From contig JAMOPO010000052.1 in the NCBI GenBank assembly GCA_027064425.1, positions 96,001 to 160,000 on the forward strand: a stretch of DNA of 64,000 nucleotides, read 5' to 3'. The position numbers and the translations under genes were made by a program. The notes under the pieces were generated by a model, which made no database searches, had not been told where the DNA came from, and was given only the letters and a program-made list of their open reading frames with translations. Of the stretch, positions 45,823-56,192 are shown one piece after another; the first letter of the stretch is position 1, and the number at the start of each line of letters is the position of its first letter. This stretch comes from Methanobacteriota archaeon. GTDB taxonomy: Archaea > JAADCQ01 > Methanopyri > Methanopyrales > Methanopyraceae.

Positions 45823-46887
45823 CTAAATCATCGACCCCCGGGCCACGCAGCGCACGTACACCCAGGCCGCCACCAGGAAGTTGTACACGACGGCGCCGTC
45901 CAGCAGGGCCCGGGCGAGGGCCGGGGGAACGTGCACCGCCGGGGTGGGAGGCGGCGGGAGGAACAGATCCTCCAGCCTGTAAAACCGACCATCCTCCGCG
46001 TTGAAGTATCCGTGGCTGGCGGAGACGTGCAGCCCCGCGGCCACGGTGAACAGCGCCCCCGTCGAGAGGAGGAGAAGCCCCAGCCGCTCGGACGCCAGGC
46101 ACGCGGCCGGACAGCTCACCGCCCAGTAGTTAGGGTTAACCACCTTGGAGAACGCCAGGAGGGCCGCCCCCACCGCGCACGAGCGACGCTCCGGCTCGCC
46201 CGGGGCGACGAGTGGGAGGAGCATGGCGGCGGCCAACAGCGCCACCGGCAGCTCGGTGGGCGGGGTGACCAGCGTCCAGATGGAGCAGTTCTGCGGCGGG
46301 CGGCCCATCTGGAACAGGACCACGTCCTGCAGGAACGCCCAGCCGTTGCCAAGGAGGTACGGGACCAGGACGACCGCCGTGACGAGCACGAAAGCGATCA
46401 GCGACTCGCGGCGCAGGTGAGGGAGGGCCAGCAGTCCCGCGGTGGGCTTGGTCCAGAACGCGAGCGCCGCCAGCGTCCCGCCCAGCCAGCGCTCCCGCAT
46501 GATGATCGCCGCGAGGGCCATGGAGACGGGGATGGGATCCAGCTGCCAGAACGCGCACGGGTAGGCCGTGGAGAGCGCCACCACCAGCTGTCCCGTCCGA
46601 CCCATCCCCACGCGGCGGGCGCAGTAGACGCACGCCAGGGTCCCGATCCACACGGGGAGCTTCCACAGGAGTCGGAAGCGCCAGTCGAGCGGGTTCAGCC
46701 CCAGCAGCCCGTGCCCCAGGTACCAGACGAGTGCCGGGAGCAGGGAGCCGAGGGGAGGGTAGTGAACGTCGGTCTTAGCGTAGTAAGTCAGCGGGTGGGA
46801 GATGATCTTGGGGCACCAGCTCATCCACTTCTCGTAGTCCGGGGCGTACACGGCCGTCAAGAGCCACCAAATCACGTCCGCCATCAC
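45823..46887 (-). CDS. GT-C type (GT87/PIG-M-like) membrane glycosyltransferase
   Basis: VHYPPLG, WKLP, WQLDPI, K.T and KVVNPNY motifs with many TM helices; SD ggaggtga. Confidence 0.65.
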   Translation of the reverse strand: MMADVIWWLLTAVYAPDYEKWMSWCPKIISHPLTYYAKTDVHYPPLGSLLPALVWYLGHGLLGLNPLDWRFRLLWKLPVWIGTLACVYCARRVGMGRTGQLVVALSTAYPCAFWQLDPIPVSMALAAIIMRERWLGGTLAALAFWTKPTAGLLALPHLRRESLIAFVLVTAVVLVPYLLGNGWAFLQDVVLFQMGRPPQNCSIWTLVTPPTELPVALLAAAMLLPLVAPGEPERRSCAVGAALLAFSKVVNPNYWAVSCPAACLASERLGLLLLSTGALFTVAAGLHVSASHGYFNAEDGRFYRLEDLFLPPPPTPAVHVPPALARALLDGAVVYNFLVAAWVYVRCVARGSMI

Positions 46888-46905
46888 TTCACCTCCGGAC
46901 CCTGC

Positions 46906-46971
46906 GACGGTCCGCAGCTCGTGCCCTCGTCATCGGTTCAACTCAGAGAAGGCCAGATTCTTCATCCCGTC
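46906..46971 (-). ncRNA. Box C/D guide sRNA targeting 16S rRNA
   Basis: Minus strand: gacgg GATGAAGA atctggccttct CTGA gttgaacc GATGACGA gggcacgagctg CGGA ccgtc; the D guide is complementary to 16S CAGCUCGUGCC. Confidence 0.85.
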
Positions 46972-46990
46972 CCCCGATATCGTTACGCGA

Positions 46991-46998
46991 TCTTTAAC
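46991..46998 (-). promoter_or_regulatory. TATA box for the C/D sRNA-glycosyltransferase transcript
   Basis: Minus strand GTTAAAGA, about 20-25 nt upstream of the sRNA 5' end. Confidence 0.5.
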
Positions 46999-47034
46999 GA
47001 TTCGCGGCAAAGAGGAGGAGGGGGCGTGAGGGGG

Positions 47035-48087
47035 TTAGAGCTTCAGCGTGCCCAGGCTCACCGAGCCCAGGTACTTCACGACCGGCGAGGCCAGCGTCGT
47101 CAGCAGCTGGTCCATCGCCTGGACCACTGGTGCCACGATCTGCGCGGCCTGCTTCACGCCCTTGTCGGCCAGGTACCCCACCAGCGCGGTGATCACCGGC
47201 ACCGCCAGGCCGGCGGCGCTGGCGGTCGTGACCACCATCTTGCCCTCGATGCCCAGCTGCTCAGCCAGGTCCACGATCACGTTGTCCAGCGTGGCCACAC
47301 CGGCCAGGTACATCGCCAGCGTGACCACCGGCGCCAGCAGCGTGCCGACGTCCAGCATCGTCAGCGTGTTGACGAGCTGCTTGTGGTCCATCGCCCACCC
47401 GGCCAGCAGGTCGGTCGCCAGTGCCGCCGTCAGTCCGGCTCCGACGACGACGTCCTGCTCGACGTACTCACGGATACCCAGCTGGTCCAGCAGGCTCTGC
47501 AGCGTGCCCTTCAGGTCCGTTCCTAGCGCGTCATCGATCGCACTGGTGATCGGGTACCCCATCAGCGCGTCCAGCATGGCGATCGCCGGCACAGCCAGCA
47601 GCGCGTCCTTGACCAGCGCTCCCGTCAGGTGGACCGGCTTCACCGCCGGCGCCACGACCTCGACCGTCACCTCCTTGGTCGCGGTGCCACCCTTGATGCC
47701 GTACTGCGGCAGGTCTGGGAACCGCGCGGTCACCGTGATCGTGTGCTTACCCGGCGTCAGCTCCAGGGTCGCGGTCACCGTCTTGGTCTCGCCGAGCCGG
47801 TACGGTGGGGTGATCTTGGTCGTGTGGACCACGTTCCCGTCCACGGCGAACGTCACGGTCGTCGGCGTGCGCCGGATCGTGTACGGGTAGTTACCGGACC
47901 ACGTGATGACCGCGGTTACCTGGACGGCGGCCTTCTTCTCGCCCGGCTTGAGCTGAACCTTGGCCGGCGCCTGAACCTCCTTGATCTCCGGCTTGATGGT
48001 GTACTTAGCACCGTACACCTTGGCCTCCGCGGCGCCCACTAGGGCGCCCGCCAGAGCCACGAGGAGGGCGAGGAGCAGGCGCTTCAT
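47035..48087 (-). CDS. Secreted/membrane protein: signal peptide, beta-rich Ig/CARDB-like domain, hydrophobic helical C-half
   Basis: MKRLLLALLVALAGALVGAAEA signal peptide; T/V/K-rich beta domain (PGKHTITVTA); amphipathic/hydrophobic C-terminal half. Confidence 0.75.
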   Translation of the reverse strand: MKRLLLALLVALAGALVGAAEAKVYGAKYTIKPEIKEVQAPAKVQLKPGEKKAAVQVTAVITWSGNYPYTIRRTPTTVTFAVDGNVVHTTKITPPYRLGETKTVTATLELTPGKHTITVTARFPDLPQYGIKGGTATKEVTVEVVAPAVKPVHLTGALVKDALLAVPAIAMLDALMGYPITSAIDDALGTDLKGTLQSLLDQLGIREYVEQDVVVGAGLTAALATDLLAGWAMDHKQLVNTLTMLDVGTLLAPVVTLAMYLAGVATLDNVIVDLAEQLGIEGKMVVTTASAAGLAVPVITALVGYLADKGVKQAAQIVAPVVQAMDQLLTTLASPVVKYLGSVSLGTLKL

Positions 48088-48120
48088 GCGAGGTCACCCC
48101 GGACCCGCGGGCCGATCAGA

Positions 48121-48140
48121 CTTATTTTACCTTTTTGGGA
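48121..48140 (-). promoter_or_regulatory. BRE-TATA promoter for the secreted-protein gene
   Basis: Minus strand CCCAAAAAGGTAAAATAAG, about 35 nt upstream of ATG 48087. Confidence 0.55.
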
Positions 48141-48155
48141 AACCTTGGTCGGTGA

Positions 48156-49136
48156 TTAGTCCTCAAATCCCATCATCTTCCTCAACTTCCGCCCTACCCG
48201 CTCGATCTCGTGGTTCTCGATCTCCTTGCGCAGCCGCCGGAGCACAATTCGTCCCGACTCGTTCTCCATGGTCCACTCCCGGGCGAACTCGCCGCTGCGG
48301 ATCTCCTCCAGCACCTTCTTCATCTCCTCCTTGTTGATGATCCGCTTGCCGCGCGTGAGTCCTCCGTACTCAGCGGTGTTCGAGACGGCCTCCAGCATCC
48401 CCGTGAGTCCCTTCTTGTGGATCAGGTCCACGATGAGCTTCAGCTCATGCAGCGTCTCGAAGTAGGCTACCTCCGGCTGATAACCCGCCTCCACCAGCGT
48501 CTCGAAGGCGTACAGAATCAGGTACAGCACGCCGCCCACCAGGTCGACCTGCTCTCCGAACAGATCCGTCTCGACCTCCTCCCGGAACGTGGTCTCGATG
48601 ACGCCCGCGCGGGTGAACCCCATGGCCTTGGCCATGGCCAGGGCGATGTCCTTCGCCTTGCCCGTGTAGTCCTGGTGCACGGCCACCAGGGCCGGGGTGC
48701 CGAACCCCTCCGTGTACAGCTTGCGCACCATGTCCCCCGGTCCTTTGGGTGCTACTAGGATCACGTCTACGTACTCCGGCGGTTCAATGAGGCCGTAGTG
48801 AATGTTGAACGCGTGGCTGAAGCCCAGCGCGTCTCCCTTGCTCAGGTTGTCGTGAATGTGTTCTCGGTACACCTTGGGCTGGACCTCGTCGGGGATCAGG
48901 ATGTGCACGATGTCGCCCTGCTCGGCCGCCTCCGGGATCGGCAGGACCTCGAACCCGTCCTCCTTCGCCCGCTTCCAGGACGGTCCGCCCTCGCGCACGC
49001 CGATGATCACGTCGACGCCCGAGTCCCGGAGGTTCTTGGCCTGAGCCTCGCCCTGATTCCCGTAGCCGATCACCGCAACCGTCTTGCCCTCCAGCACGTC
49101 TAGGGAGGCGTCCTCGTCCCCGTAAATCTTGGCCAA
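48156..49136 (-). CDS. ilvC: Ketol-acid reductoisomerase
   Basis: [47 protein letters not shown] and SNTAEYG motifs. Confidence 0.97.
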   Translation of the reverse strand: MAKIYGDEDASLDVLEGKTVAVIGYGNQGEAQAKNLRDSGVDVIIGVREGGPSWKRAKEDGFEVLPIPEAAEQGDIVHILIPDEVQPKVYREHIHDNLSKGDALGFSHAFNIHYGLIEPPEYVDVILVAPKGPGDMVRKLYTEGFGTPALVAVHQDYTGKAKDIALAMAKAMGFTRAGVIETTFREEVETDLFGEQVDLVGGVLYLILYAFETLVEAGYQPEVAYFETLHELKLIVDLIHKKGLTGMLEAVSNTAEYGGLTRGKRIINKEEMKKVLEEIRSGEFAREWTMENESGRIVLRRLRKEIENHEIERVGRKLRKMMGFED

Positions 49137-49155
49137 GCCGCCCGCCCCGCTGGCC

Positions 49156-49440
49156 TCAGTCGGACTTAACGATGCCCTCCTTAACCAGGTCCAGGAGGCC
49201 GGCCTCCTCCAGCGCCTCCTTCACCTCCTCGTCCGACGCGCCCCGCTCGATGTCGATCTTCTCCGGCGTCGGCTCCAGGTGCTTCACGTTACACCTTCTC
49301 CGACGAACCCCGGTGATCTCCTTCGGGCCGGTCACGATGACGAAATTCTCATCTATGATGTCCACGACGACGCAGTACCTGCCGGCCTCCCTGCCGGCGG
49401 TTTTCACGCAGATTCGACCGATCTCGATCGGGGCCGCCAC
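49156..49440 (-). CDS. rpl14e: 50S ribosomal protein L14e
   Basis: [50 protein letters not shown]. Confidence 0.95.
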   Translation of the reverse strand: MAAPIEIGRICVKTAGREAGRYCVVVDIIDENFVIVTGPKEITGVRRRRCNVKHLEPTPEKIDIERGASDEEVKEALEEAGLLDLVKEGIVKSD

Positions 49441-49464
49441 GGCATCATCCCCCGGGGGTTCCGG

Positions 49465-50925
49465 TTGGCCAGGTTGTTCGGCAGGTCGGCGTGGCTTGCC
49501 CTAGCAGCCGGTTTAACAACGTTGTTGGCCTACTTGGCGCACCTCGGGCACGAGTCCGTGACCCACGCCCCGAACCGTCACGCGGCCGAAAACGCCCCGC
49601 TCCACTACGCGATCTGCGCCATCATCGCCGCGTGCGCGGTCCGGCTCACGCCGGGTTATTCAGCCCTGAACGTCCTCCTGAACTGCGCGCTCAGGGAGAC
49701 GCCGAGACCGCTACCGACCGGGCCGTGGCTGGCGTGGCAAGGGCTCAAGGTCGGGGCCCTGATCGTCCTCCTGCACGGATTCCCCACGGTCCCCGTCGTG
49801 CACTGGATCGCCTCCGGCAACCCGGCCCGGGTGGTCCTGGCCCTCGGGATCCTGCTCGGTCCCCCGTTCAAGGTCAGGGCCGCGATGCTCCTGCTCTCTC
49901 ACCTGGCCAGCGCCGCGCTGGACGCGCAGGAGTACGCGAACGACCGCGAGCTGCTGGAGTCCGCGATGATCTCGCACGGCCTCCGCATCGCGGCCGTGGT
50001 CCTGGGGATCGCCACCGTCACCCTCGCCACCTACCCCATTATCTCAATGTACCTCCTCCCACTGCTGGCCTTCCTGGCGGCCCTCAGCCTGCACCTGTGG
50101 TCTCAGTCCCGGCTTCCATGGCGGGAGTACCGCCAACTGAGCGGGCTGATCGACCGGATTAAGCGAGGCCTTATCCTGGCGGTGGCGCTGCTCCCCACCG
50201 TTCCGGTCCTGGACCTCCTGACCGGCGTCCCCACGGAGCTGACGATCCACGCGTGGGCCACCATGGTCGGAGAGGCCGTCCTGCAGCCCCACTCGGTGAA
50301 GCTCGACCCCGCCTCCTACCTGACCCAAACCCCCGCCCAGCTCTCCCGAGCCTGGAGCGCGGGACGCTCCCCGGTGTGGGGCGTCACCGGAGACCGGCTG
50401 CAGGTCGTGGTCAGCGACGGGCGCGGCCACGGCTGGGTCATCGACCCCAGGTCCGGGGCGATCAGAGGTACTCTCAAGGTTCCCATCGAGGCCATTGAGC
50501 GGCAGGAGGACGCGCTCCGGCGTGCGTTCCCGTACCTCCGACCCGGGGCGCCCGTGCTGAGGGACGGTCGAGTCCGGGTGAGCGCGTGGATCGTCGCCGA
50601 CGTGTGGCTGCCGTTCCTGGGGTTCACCCTGGCACTGCCCGTCTCGGGTGATCCGGCCCTCCCGAGGAACGAGTGGGGGCTCGCCTGGTACCCGGCCCGC
50701 TGGAGGGGTCGACTGGTGCCCGTGCTCATCCCGATCGAGACGCTGGCGATGCCGGTCCTTGAGGTGCCGGGCGAGGCCCTGGTCTCGATCCCCCCGCCGC
50801 GTTCCCTGAAACTGTGGCTGCACGGGCCCGGGTTCGTCCGCATCGACCGGGGGAGGGTGATCCTCCTGAGACCGGAGTATCGGTCCGACGGGACGCTGAA
50901 GCGCCTGGAAGCGATCAGGGTGTGA
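49465..50925 (+). CDS. Hypothetical multi-pass membrane protein
   Basis: Several TM segments followed by a soluble C-terminal region; TTG 49465 inferred so as not to overlap rpl14e. Confidence 0.55.
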   Translation: MARLFGRSAWLALAAGLTTLLAYLAHLGHESVTHAPNRHAAENAPLHYAICAIIAACAVRLTPGYSALNVLLNCALRETPRPLPTGPWLAWQGLKVGALIVLLHGFPTVPVVHWIASGNPARVVLALGILLGPPFKVRAAMLLLSHLASAALDAQEYANDRELLESAMISHGLRIAAVVLGIATVTLATYPIISMYLLPLLAFLAALSLHLWSQSRLPWREYRQLSGLIDRIKRGLILAVALLPTVPVLDLLTGVPTELTIHAWATMVGEAVLQPHSVKLDPASYLTQTPAQLSRAWSAGRSPVWGVTGDRLQVVVSDGRGHGWVIDPRSGAIRGTLKVPIEAIERQEDALRRAFPYLRPGAPVLRDGRVRVSAWIVADVWLPFLGFTLALPVSGDPALPRNEWGLAWYPARWRGRLVPVLIPIETLAMPVLEVPGEALVSIPPPRSLKLWLHGPGFVRIDRGRVILLRPEYRSDGTLKRLEAIRV

Positions 50926-50938
50926 GGGGTACGGTAGC

Positions 50939-53404
50939 GTGAAGGCGGCCGTCTTCCTCGAGCGGAAGGGGAACAAGGTGCGGATCGCGTTCACCGAGGA
51001 CGATCCCAGGTCCGGGGCGGAGATAGAAAGGGAGGCTCTGCTGGAGCTGGGCCCGGACGAGCGGCCGGTGAGAGGCGTGCTGGACGGTGATCCGACCCCG
51101 CCGGACAAGATCCTCAACCGGGTCCGGGCGGCGGGCACCGTTCTGGCGCGCGGGGACCTGGCCAAGACCGCCGAGCGACTTCTCGGCGGCAAGGTCGAGC
51201 GGGCGGAGTTCTGCCGCCGTTGCCTGGCCTCGGACAAGATCACGGTCCTTGACGGCGGGTACAAGTTCGGGGACGTGCGCGTCTGCGGGGAGTGCGCCGA
51301 GGAGATCCTGGAGGAGGAGCTGAGGTTCCGCGTCCCGAACTTCTCGCAGACCCTGCTGGAGCGCCTGAAGGAGCTCTTGGACCGGTTCCGCGACGTCGAC
51401 CGCGTGATCGAGATGGTGGACCCCTCGTTCGACCCGGCCCGCGAGGACGAGAAGACGCGGTGGGACGTGGTCGAGGCGGAGGATGAGGAAGAGGAGGAGC
51501 GCCTGCCGATCTCGAAGGTGGACGCCCCGGCCCGACTCATCAGCCTCCTGCGCGAGCTCGGGTACCGCGAGCTGACCCCGGTTCAGACCAAGTGCGTACG
51601 CGCGGGCCTGCTGGAGGGCGAGAACCTGCTGGTGGTGTCTCCCACCGGGTCCGGGAAGACGCTCGTGGCCGAGCTCGCGGGCCTGACCCGGGTGCTCGAG
51701 GAAGGGAAGAAGATGGTCTACCTGGTGCCCCTCGTGGCGCTGGCCAACCAGAAGTTCCGCGAGTTCCGGGAAAAGTACGGCGAGAGGCTCAACGTCGGCG
51801 TCCGACTCCAGGTCGGTGCGACCAGGCTGAAGGAGTTCTCGAGACCGGAGCGGGGCCCCGACCCGGAGGAGGCGGACATCATCGTGGGGACGTACGAGGG
51901 GTTCGACCTGCTCCTCCGCACCCGGGCGATCGACCCGGACGAGATCGGTGTGGTTGTGATCGATGAGGTGCACAGCTTGGCCGACGAGGACCGAGGTCCC
52001 CGGCTGGACGGTCTTATTTGCCGCCTTAAGACCCTGACCGACGCGCAGCTACTGGGCCTGTCGGCCACGGTGGGCAACCCGGAGGAGCTCGCGGAGTACC
52101 TCGACGCGCGCCCGGTCATCCACGAGCGGAGGCCGGTACCGTTGGAGTATCACCTCGTGATCAACCAAGACCGACGGCAGAAGTGGGACCGCATCGCCCG
52201 GCTCGTGGAGGCGGAGTGGGAGACGGAGTACTCCACCGGCTACCGGGGCCAGACGATCGTCTTCACCCACTCCCGGCAGAACACGCACCGCCTGGCCGAC
52301 TTCCTCCAGGAGCGGACGGGGCTGGACGTCGCCCCCTACCACGCTGGGCTGCCCTACGACCGGCGCAAGTCGACCGAGCAGGCCTTCGAGCGGGGCGAGC
52401 TGGCGGCCGTCGTCACGACCGCGGCCCTCGGCGCGGGCGTCGATTTCCCAGCCTCTCAGGTGATCTTCGAGAGCCTGGCGATGGGTGTCGAGTGGCTGAC
52501 GCCCATGGAGTTCCAGCAGATGGCGGGGCGGGCTGGACGGCCCGGTTACCACGACCGGGGCAAGGTCGTCCTGATGGTGGAGCCGGGGCGCCGGTACCAC
52601 TCCGGTCAAGAGGACACCGAGGACAAGGTCGCCTTCCGACTGCTCGAGTCGGAGCCGGAGCCGGTCGAGGTGGAGTACGACGATGAGGACGAGCGCGAGC
52701 AGGTGCTGGCGCACGTGGCCAGCGGCGCCGCCTCCTCCCCGGAGGAGCTCCGACGGGTCTGCTCCGAATCCTTCGGGTTCGCCGGCGACCCGGAGCGGAG
52801 GCTCAAGGAGCTTCGGGAGATGGGGTTCGTGAAGGGGTTCAAGCTGACGCGCCGGGGCCGGGTGGCCGCCCGCTACTTCGCCGGACCGCGCACGGTGCAC
52901 CGGCTCGTCGAGTCCGAGCGAGAGGATCCACTGCAGGCCGTGGCCGAGGTGTGCCCGTTCGAGCGGCTGCAGCTGTCCCCCTCGATCCGGCGGGCGGTCG
53001 AGCGGGTCACGAGGATGTCCGTGCCCGCCCGCTTCGAGGACGCCCTGGAGGTCATCCACTCCGAGCGCCGCGAGGTGCTTGAGCACCTACCCAAGAAGGA
53101 GCGTGACCGACTGATCAAACTGATCCGAGCGGTGGACTGCGGGTGCGATGCGTTCCCGCACTGCGATCACGTGCCCGCCAAGGCCTCTGCGCTGCTGCTG
53201 AGGACGCGCTTAGAGGGTAAATCAGTCTTCGCCATGCCCAGGGAGCTGGAGCGGAGGTACGGTCTAACGGCGTACCCGACCGACGTCGCGAGCTGGCTGG
53301 AGGAGGTGATCCGGCTCCTGGAGTGCGCGGCCGAAATCGCGGAGGAGCCGGGGATGAGGGCGGCGGCGGAGGCCCTCGCCGATCCCTGGTCTACCCGCCG
53401 CTGA
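50939..53404 (+). CDS. Archaeal SF2 DEAD/DEAH helicase (COG1202/MJ1401 type)
   Basis: SPTGSGKT, DEVH, SAT, YHAGL, AGVDFP and QMAGRAGRP motifs; CxxC...CxxC and CGC...C. Confidence 0.9.
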   Translation: MKAAVFLERKGNKVRIAFTEDDPRSGAEIEREALLELGPDERPVRGVLDGDPTPPDKILNRVRAAGTVLARGDLAKTAERLLGGKVERAEFCRRCLASDKITVLDGGYKFGDVRVCGECAEEILEEELRFRVPNFSQTLLERLKELLDRFRDVDRVIEMVDPSFDPAREDEKTRWDVVEAEDEEEEERLPISKVDAPARLISLLRELGYRELTPVQTKCVRAGLLEGENLLVVSPTGSGKTLVAELAGLTRVLEEGKKMVYLVPLVALANQKFREFREKYGERLNVGVRLQVGATRLKEFSRPERGPDPEEADIIVGTYEGFDLLLRTRAIDPDEIGVVVIDEVHSLADEDRGPRLDGLICRLKTLTDAQLLGLSATVGNPEELAEYLDARPVIHERRPVPLEYHLVINQDRRQKWDRIARLVEAEWETEYSTGYRGQTIVFTHSRQNTHRLADFLQERTGLDVAPYHAGLPYDRRKSTEQAFERGELAAVVTTAALGAGVDFPASQVIFESLAMGVEWLTPMEFQQMAGRAGRPGYHDRGKVVLMVEPGRRYHSGQEDTEDKVAFRLLESEPEPVEVEYDDEDEREQVLAHVASGAASSPEELRRVCSESFGFAGDPERRLKELREMGFVKGFKLTRRGRVAARYFAGPRTVHRLVESEREDPLQAVAEVCPFERLQLSPSIRRAVERVTRMSVPARFEDALEVIHSERREVLEHLPKKERDRLIKLIRAVDCGCDAFPHCDHVPAKASALLLRTRLEGKSVFAMPRELERRYGLTAYPTDVASWLEEVIRLLECAAEIAEEPGMRAAAEALADPWSTRR

Positions 53405-53723
53405 GCTCCTCGAGCGCCCGGCGCGCGAGCTCCGCCGCCTTCCTGCCCCGGACGGTTAACGCCCCCTCCACCTCCGTGCCGAGCACCGTGGCGCGAATGC
53501 GGGCCTCCACCTCCTCCTCTCGCACCTCACCCTCAACGTCCACGGAGTATCGATCCTTCGCGTCCTTCAGCCTCACCTGGTAGGAGTCACCCTCTAGCTC
53601 GACGTCGATCTCCGCATTCTTGACGACGTCGACGACGGCCACCACCGACTGCTCCAGCACCTGCATCGCGAGCCGCATGACGTTCTCCGGCGTCATGTAC
53701 TTCTTCACCAGCTTGTCGAGCAA
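53391..53723 (-). CDS. Hypothetical protein
   Basis: Protein-like region LLDKLVKKYMTPENVMRLAMQVLE...; TTG at 53723. Confidence 0.6.
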   Translation of the reverse strand: MLDKLVKKYMTPENVMRLAMQVLEQSVVAVVDVVKNAEIDVELEGDSYQVRLKDAKDRYSVDVEGEVREEEVEARIRATVLGTEVEGALTVRGRKAAELARRALEELSGG

Positions 53724-53748
53724 GGCGGTGCCCCCGGTGGTGGTACCC

Positions 53749-54621
53749 ATGTCCGGCGAGCGCCGGGAGTACCGGCTGATCCCGGTGAGGGATAAGTACT
53801 GGCGGGTAGGCTCCGGGGCGTTGAAAAACGCGTTGACGGCGCTCGAGGGGGTTGAGCTGCGGGACGGGGACGTGCTGCTGGTCTCCGAGAAGGCGGTGGC
53901 CGTGGCCGAGGGAGAGCTCATCGACGAGCGCGAGTACGAGCCCGGTCCCCTGGCCAAGCTGCTGGTGACCCTGTGGATGAGGATCGTCTGGGGGCGGATA
54001 CTGGGGCCGCTGCTGGGACCGCTGATGGATCCGCCGCTGCGCGAGGAGACCATCCGGAACTTTCGACGCTATCCGAAGCGGGAGGGAGCGATGCACAAGC
54101 AGATGATCCTTGAGGAGTTCGGCCTGCTTCACGCGCTGGAGCCGGTATCGGAGGCCGGCTGCGACGTGGGGAACGTCCCGGGGTACTTCGCCGCGCCCGT
54201 CCCGGCCTCGGCCGACCGGTTCGCGCGACGCTTGAGGGAGCGGCTGCGCGAGGACCGCGGGGTGGACGTGTCCGTCGTCGTGGGAGACACCGACAAGACG
54301 TACGAGCTCTTCGGTGTACTCTTCACGACGATCGCTCGGGCGCACCCGGAGATAATCTCCGGGACGGGCGTCCTAGGGTTCCTAATCGGCCGACTCCTGG
54401 CGCGAACCCTGGGCCCGACGCCCGTCGCCATCGCGGGCGACGTGGAGGTCCGGGAGGCGATTCGGCTCCTGAAAGAGGCCGAGCGGGTCCGGACGAAGGG
54501 GGCGGGGCGCACGGTCTACGACGCGCTGGACGAGGTGGGCGACCCGGGGCGCCTCGACGAGGACTTCCTGAACAGGTTCGAGCACGTGCCGATCGTGGTG
54601 GCTCGCCCCGTCAGCCGGTGA
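53749..54621 (+). CDS. CofE-like (F420:gamma-glutamyl ligase family) protein
   Basis: DGDVLLVSEKAVAVAEG, DVGNVPG, VVVGDTD and TPVA motifs. Confidence 0.75.
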   Translation: MSGERREYRLIPVRDKYWRVGSGALKNALTALEGVELRDGDVLLVSEKAVAVAEGELIDEREYEPGPLAKLLVTLWMRIVWGRILGPLLGPLMDPPLREETIRNFRRYPKREGAMHKQMILEEFGLLHALEPVSEAGCDVGNVPGYFAAPVPASADRFARRLRERLREDRGVDVSVVVGDTDKTYELFGVLFTTIARAHPEIISGTGVLGFLIGRLLARTLGPTPVAIAGDVEVREAIRLLKEAERVRTKGAGRTVYDALDEVGDPGRLDEDFLNRFEHVPIVVARPVSR

Positions 54622-55201
54622 GCTTCAGCCCGTACTTCTCGATCTTCTCCGCGACCTTCCGTGCCGCCTTCTCCGGCTCGTCCTCGGTCTTCGCGCCCGT
54701 GCACACGGCCTTACCCGAGTAGAACAGGAGCATCGCCACGTCGGGCTCCTTGAGCCGCAGCACCAGGCCGGGGAACTGCTCGGGCTCGTACTCGATGCCC
54801 TCCACGTCCTCGTCCTCCGTGAGCACCTCCGCGATCATGTCCAGGTCCAGCGAGACGTTGAAGTCAATCGAGGCCACGATGTTCTGGATCTCGATCTCGG
54901 GCTCGCCCTCGAACTCGACCCCGCACTTCTTCTCCAGGTCCTCCCGCACCCGCTCCACGCTCTCGTAGATCTGCTCCCTGGTCTTGGCCCCGGTGCAGAC
55001 CATCTTTCCGGACCGGAAGATCAGCACCACGGTGCCGATGTCCTCCAACCGGTAAACGAGGCCCGGGAACTGCTCAGGCTCGTACTCACCCTGCAGGATC
55101 ACGGAGCACTCGTCCAGGTTAACTTCACCCTTCAGATCCACCGAGGCCACGATGTTCTGGATGTCTACCTCGGGCTCGATTTCCTTCGATTCTTCCGCCA
55201 T
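54611..55201 (-). CDS. tbp: TATA-box binding protein
   Basis: Two repeats of IQNIVAS...YEPEQFPGLV.R...L.F.SGK.VCTGAK. Confidence 0.97.
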   Translation of the reverse strand: MAEESKEIEPEVDIQNIVASVDLKGEVNLDECSVILQGEYEPEQFPGLVYRLEDIGTVVLIFRSGKMVCTGAKTREQIYESVERVREDLEKKCGVEFEGEPEIEIQNIVASIDFNVSLDLDMIAEVLTEDEDVEGIEYEPEQFPGLVLRLKEPDVAMLLFYSGKAVCTGAKTEDEPEKAARKVAEKIEKYGLKLTG

Positions 55202-56156
55202 TGGGAGGGGACCCCCCATCGCATGGTAGTGCCGGGACCGGCTCGCCCTCCAAATACCTCAGCCCCAGCAGGCACAGCCCTCGCGCCTCGAGGTCCTCAC
55301 CCGCGAAGACGGCCACCTCGCCACCCCACAGCTCCGACACCCTCCGTTTTAAAAGTTCGTTTTTAACACCACCGCCCGAGAGCACCAGCAGGTCCGCGTC
55401 GAACCGGGACGCGTTCCTCACGATCGTCTCCGCCACCAGCTCGGTCACCGTCCGCAGCGCGTCCTCCGGCTCCCCCTCGAACTCGGAGAGCACGGGCTTC
55501 AGCAGCCGCTCCTGCTCCGGCGGAACGACGCCTAGACTGCCCTTGACCGGGCCGAACACCGGCTGACCGTCCGCCTCCAACCCCTCCAGCCTCCGCCTCA
55601 GCCCTCCGTCCACCTCGCCCCGGGCCGCGGCCCGCCCGCCCTCGTCGTACTCCTCCCCCAGCAGCTCCCGGGCCGCCAGATCGATGGGAAAGGTGCCGGG
55701 GCACACGACCGCCTTCCCGAAGTCCGGGTCGCCGCCCTCGATCGGCGTCACGACCGCCATCGCGCCCACGTCCACGTGCACGCAGTCCGGGTACTCCTCC
55801 GCCACGCAGTACGGCGCGCCCACGGCGTCACCGTCCGGGGCTCCCCACGGGTCCCCGTACACCGCCAGCGTGGGCACGCCCGTCCGCTCGTGGATCATCG
55901 GTCCCAGGATCAGACCCAGCTCGTCCACGATCGTGCCCACGACGACCAGGTCCGGATCCACCTCCCGGACCCGGCGGACGACCCGGGGGGCGATCTCGCG
56001 GCGCAGCGCGCGCCGGCTCTCCTCGAGCGGGAACACGCACGAGATCTTGCCGAAGACCCCCTCCTCCCGGGCCACGATCTCCCACTCGCCCCGCTCGTTC
56101 ATCAAGCAGTAGTCCGTGCCCGTGTTCCCCAGCTGAACCCCCAGCACCCGGACCAA
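55125..56156 (-). CDS. ASKHA-superfamily kinase (anhydro-MurNAc-kinase-like)
   Basis: GVQLGNTGTD, VDVGAMA, PGTFPID, YDEGGRAAARG, LSGGGVKN and LEARGL motifs. Confidence 0.75.
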   Translation of the reverse strand: MVRVLGVQLGNTGTDYCLMNERGEWEIVAREEGVFGKISCVFPLEESRRALRREIAPRVVRRVREVDPDLVVVGTIVDELGLILGPMIHERTGVPTLAVYGDPWGAPDGDAVGAPYCVAEEYPDCVHVDVGAMAVVTPIEGGDPDFGKAVVCPGTFPIDLAARELLGEEYDEGGRAAARGEVDGGLRRRLEGLEADGQPVFGPVKGSLGVVPPEQERLLKPVLSEFEGEPEDALRTVTELVAETIVRNASRFDADLLVLSGGGVKNELLKRRVSELWGGEVAVFAGEDLEARGLCLLGLRYLEGEPVPALPCDGGSPPNGGRIEGNRARGRHPEHRGLGGSEG

Positions 56157-56179
56157 GCGCGCCGGCCCCCTTCCCGATG

Positions 56180-56192
56180 ACGATTTAAGAGC
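56180..56192 (+). promoter_or_regulatory. Probable TATA box of the rpl22 operon
   Basis: acgaTTTAAGAg, about 45 nt upstream of the rpl22 TTG. Confidence 0.5.

Noticed and set aside
49129-49464. N-terminal 112 codons of the 598-aa ORF
   Set aside because: Entirely antisense to rpl14e; the real start is probably TTG 49465
54680-55165. Internal direct repeat (gccacgatgttctggat; gggaactgctc)
   Set aside because: The two structural repeats of TBP
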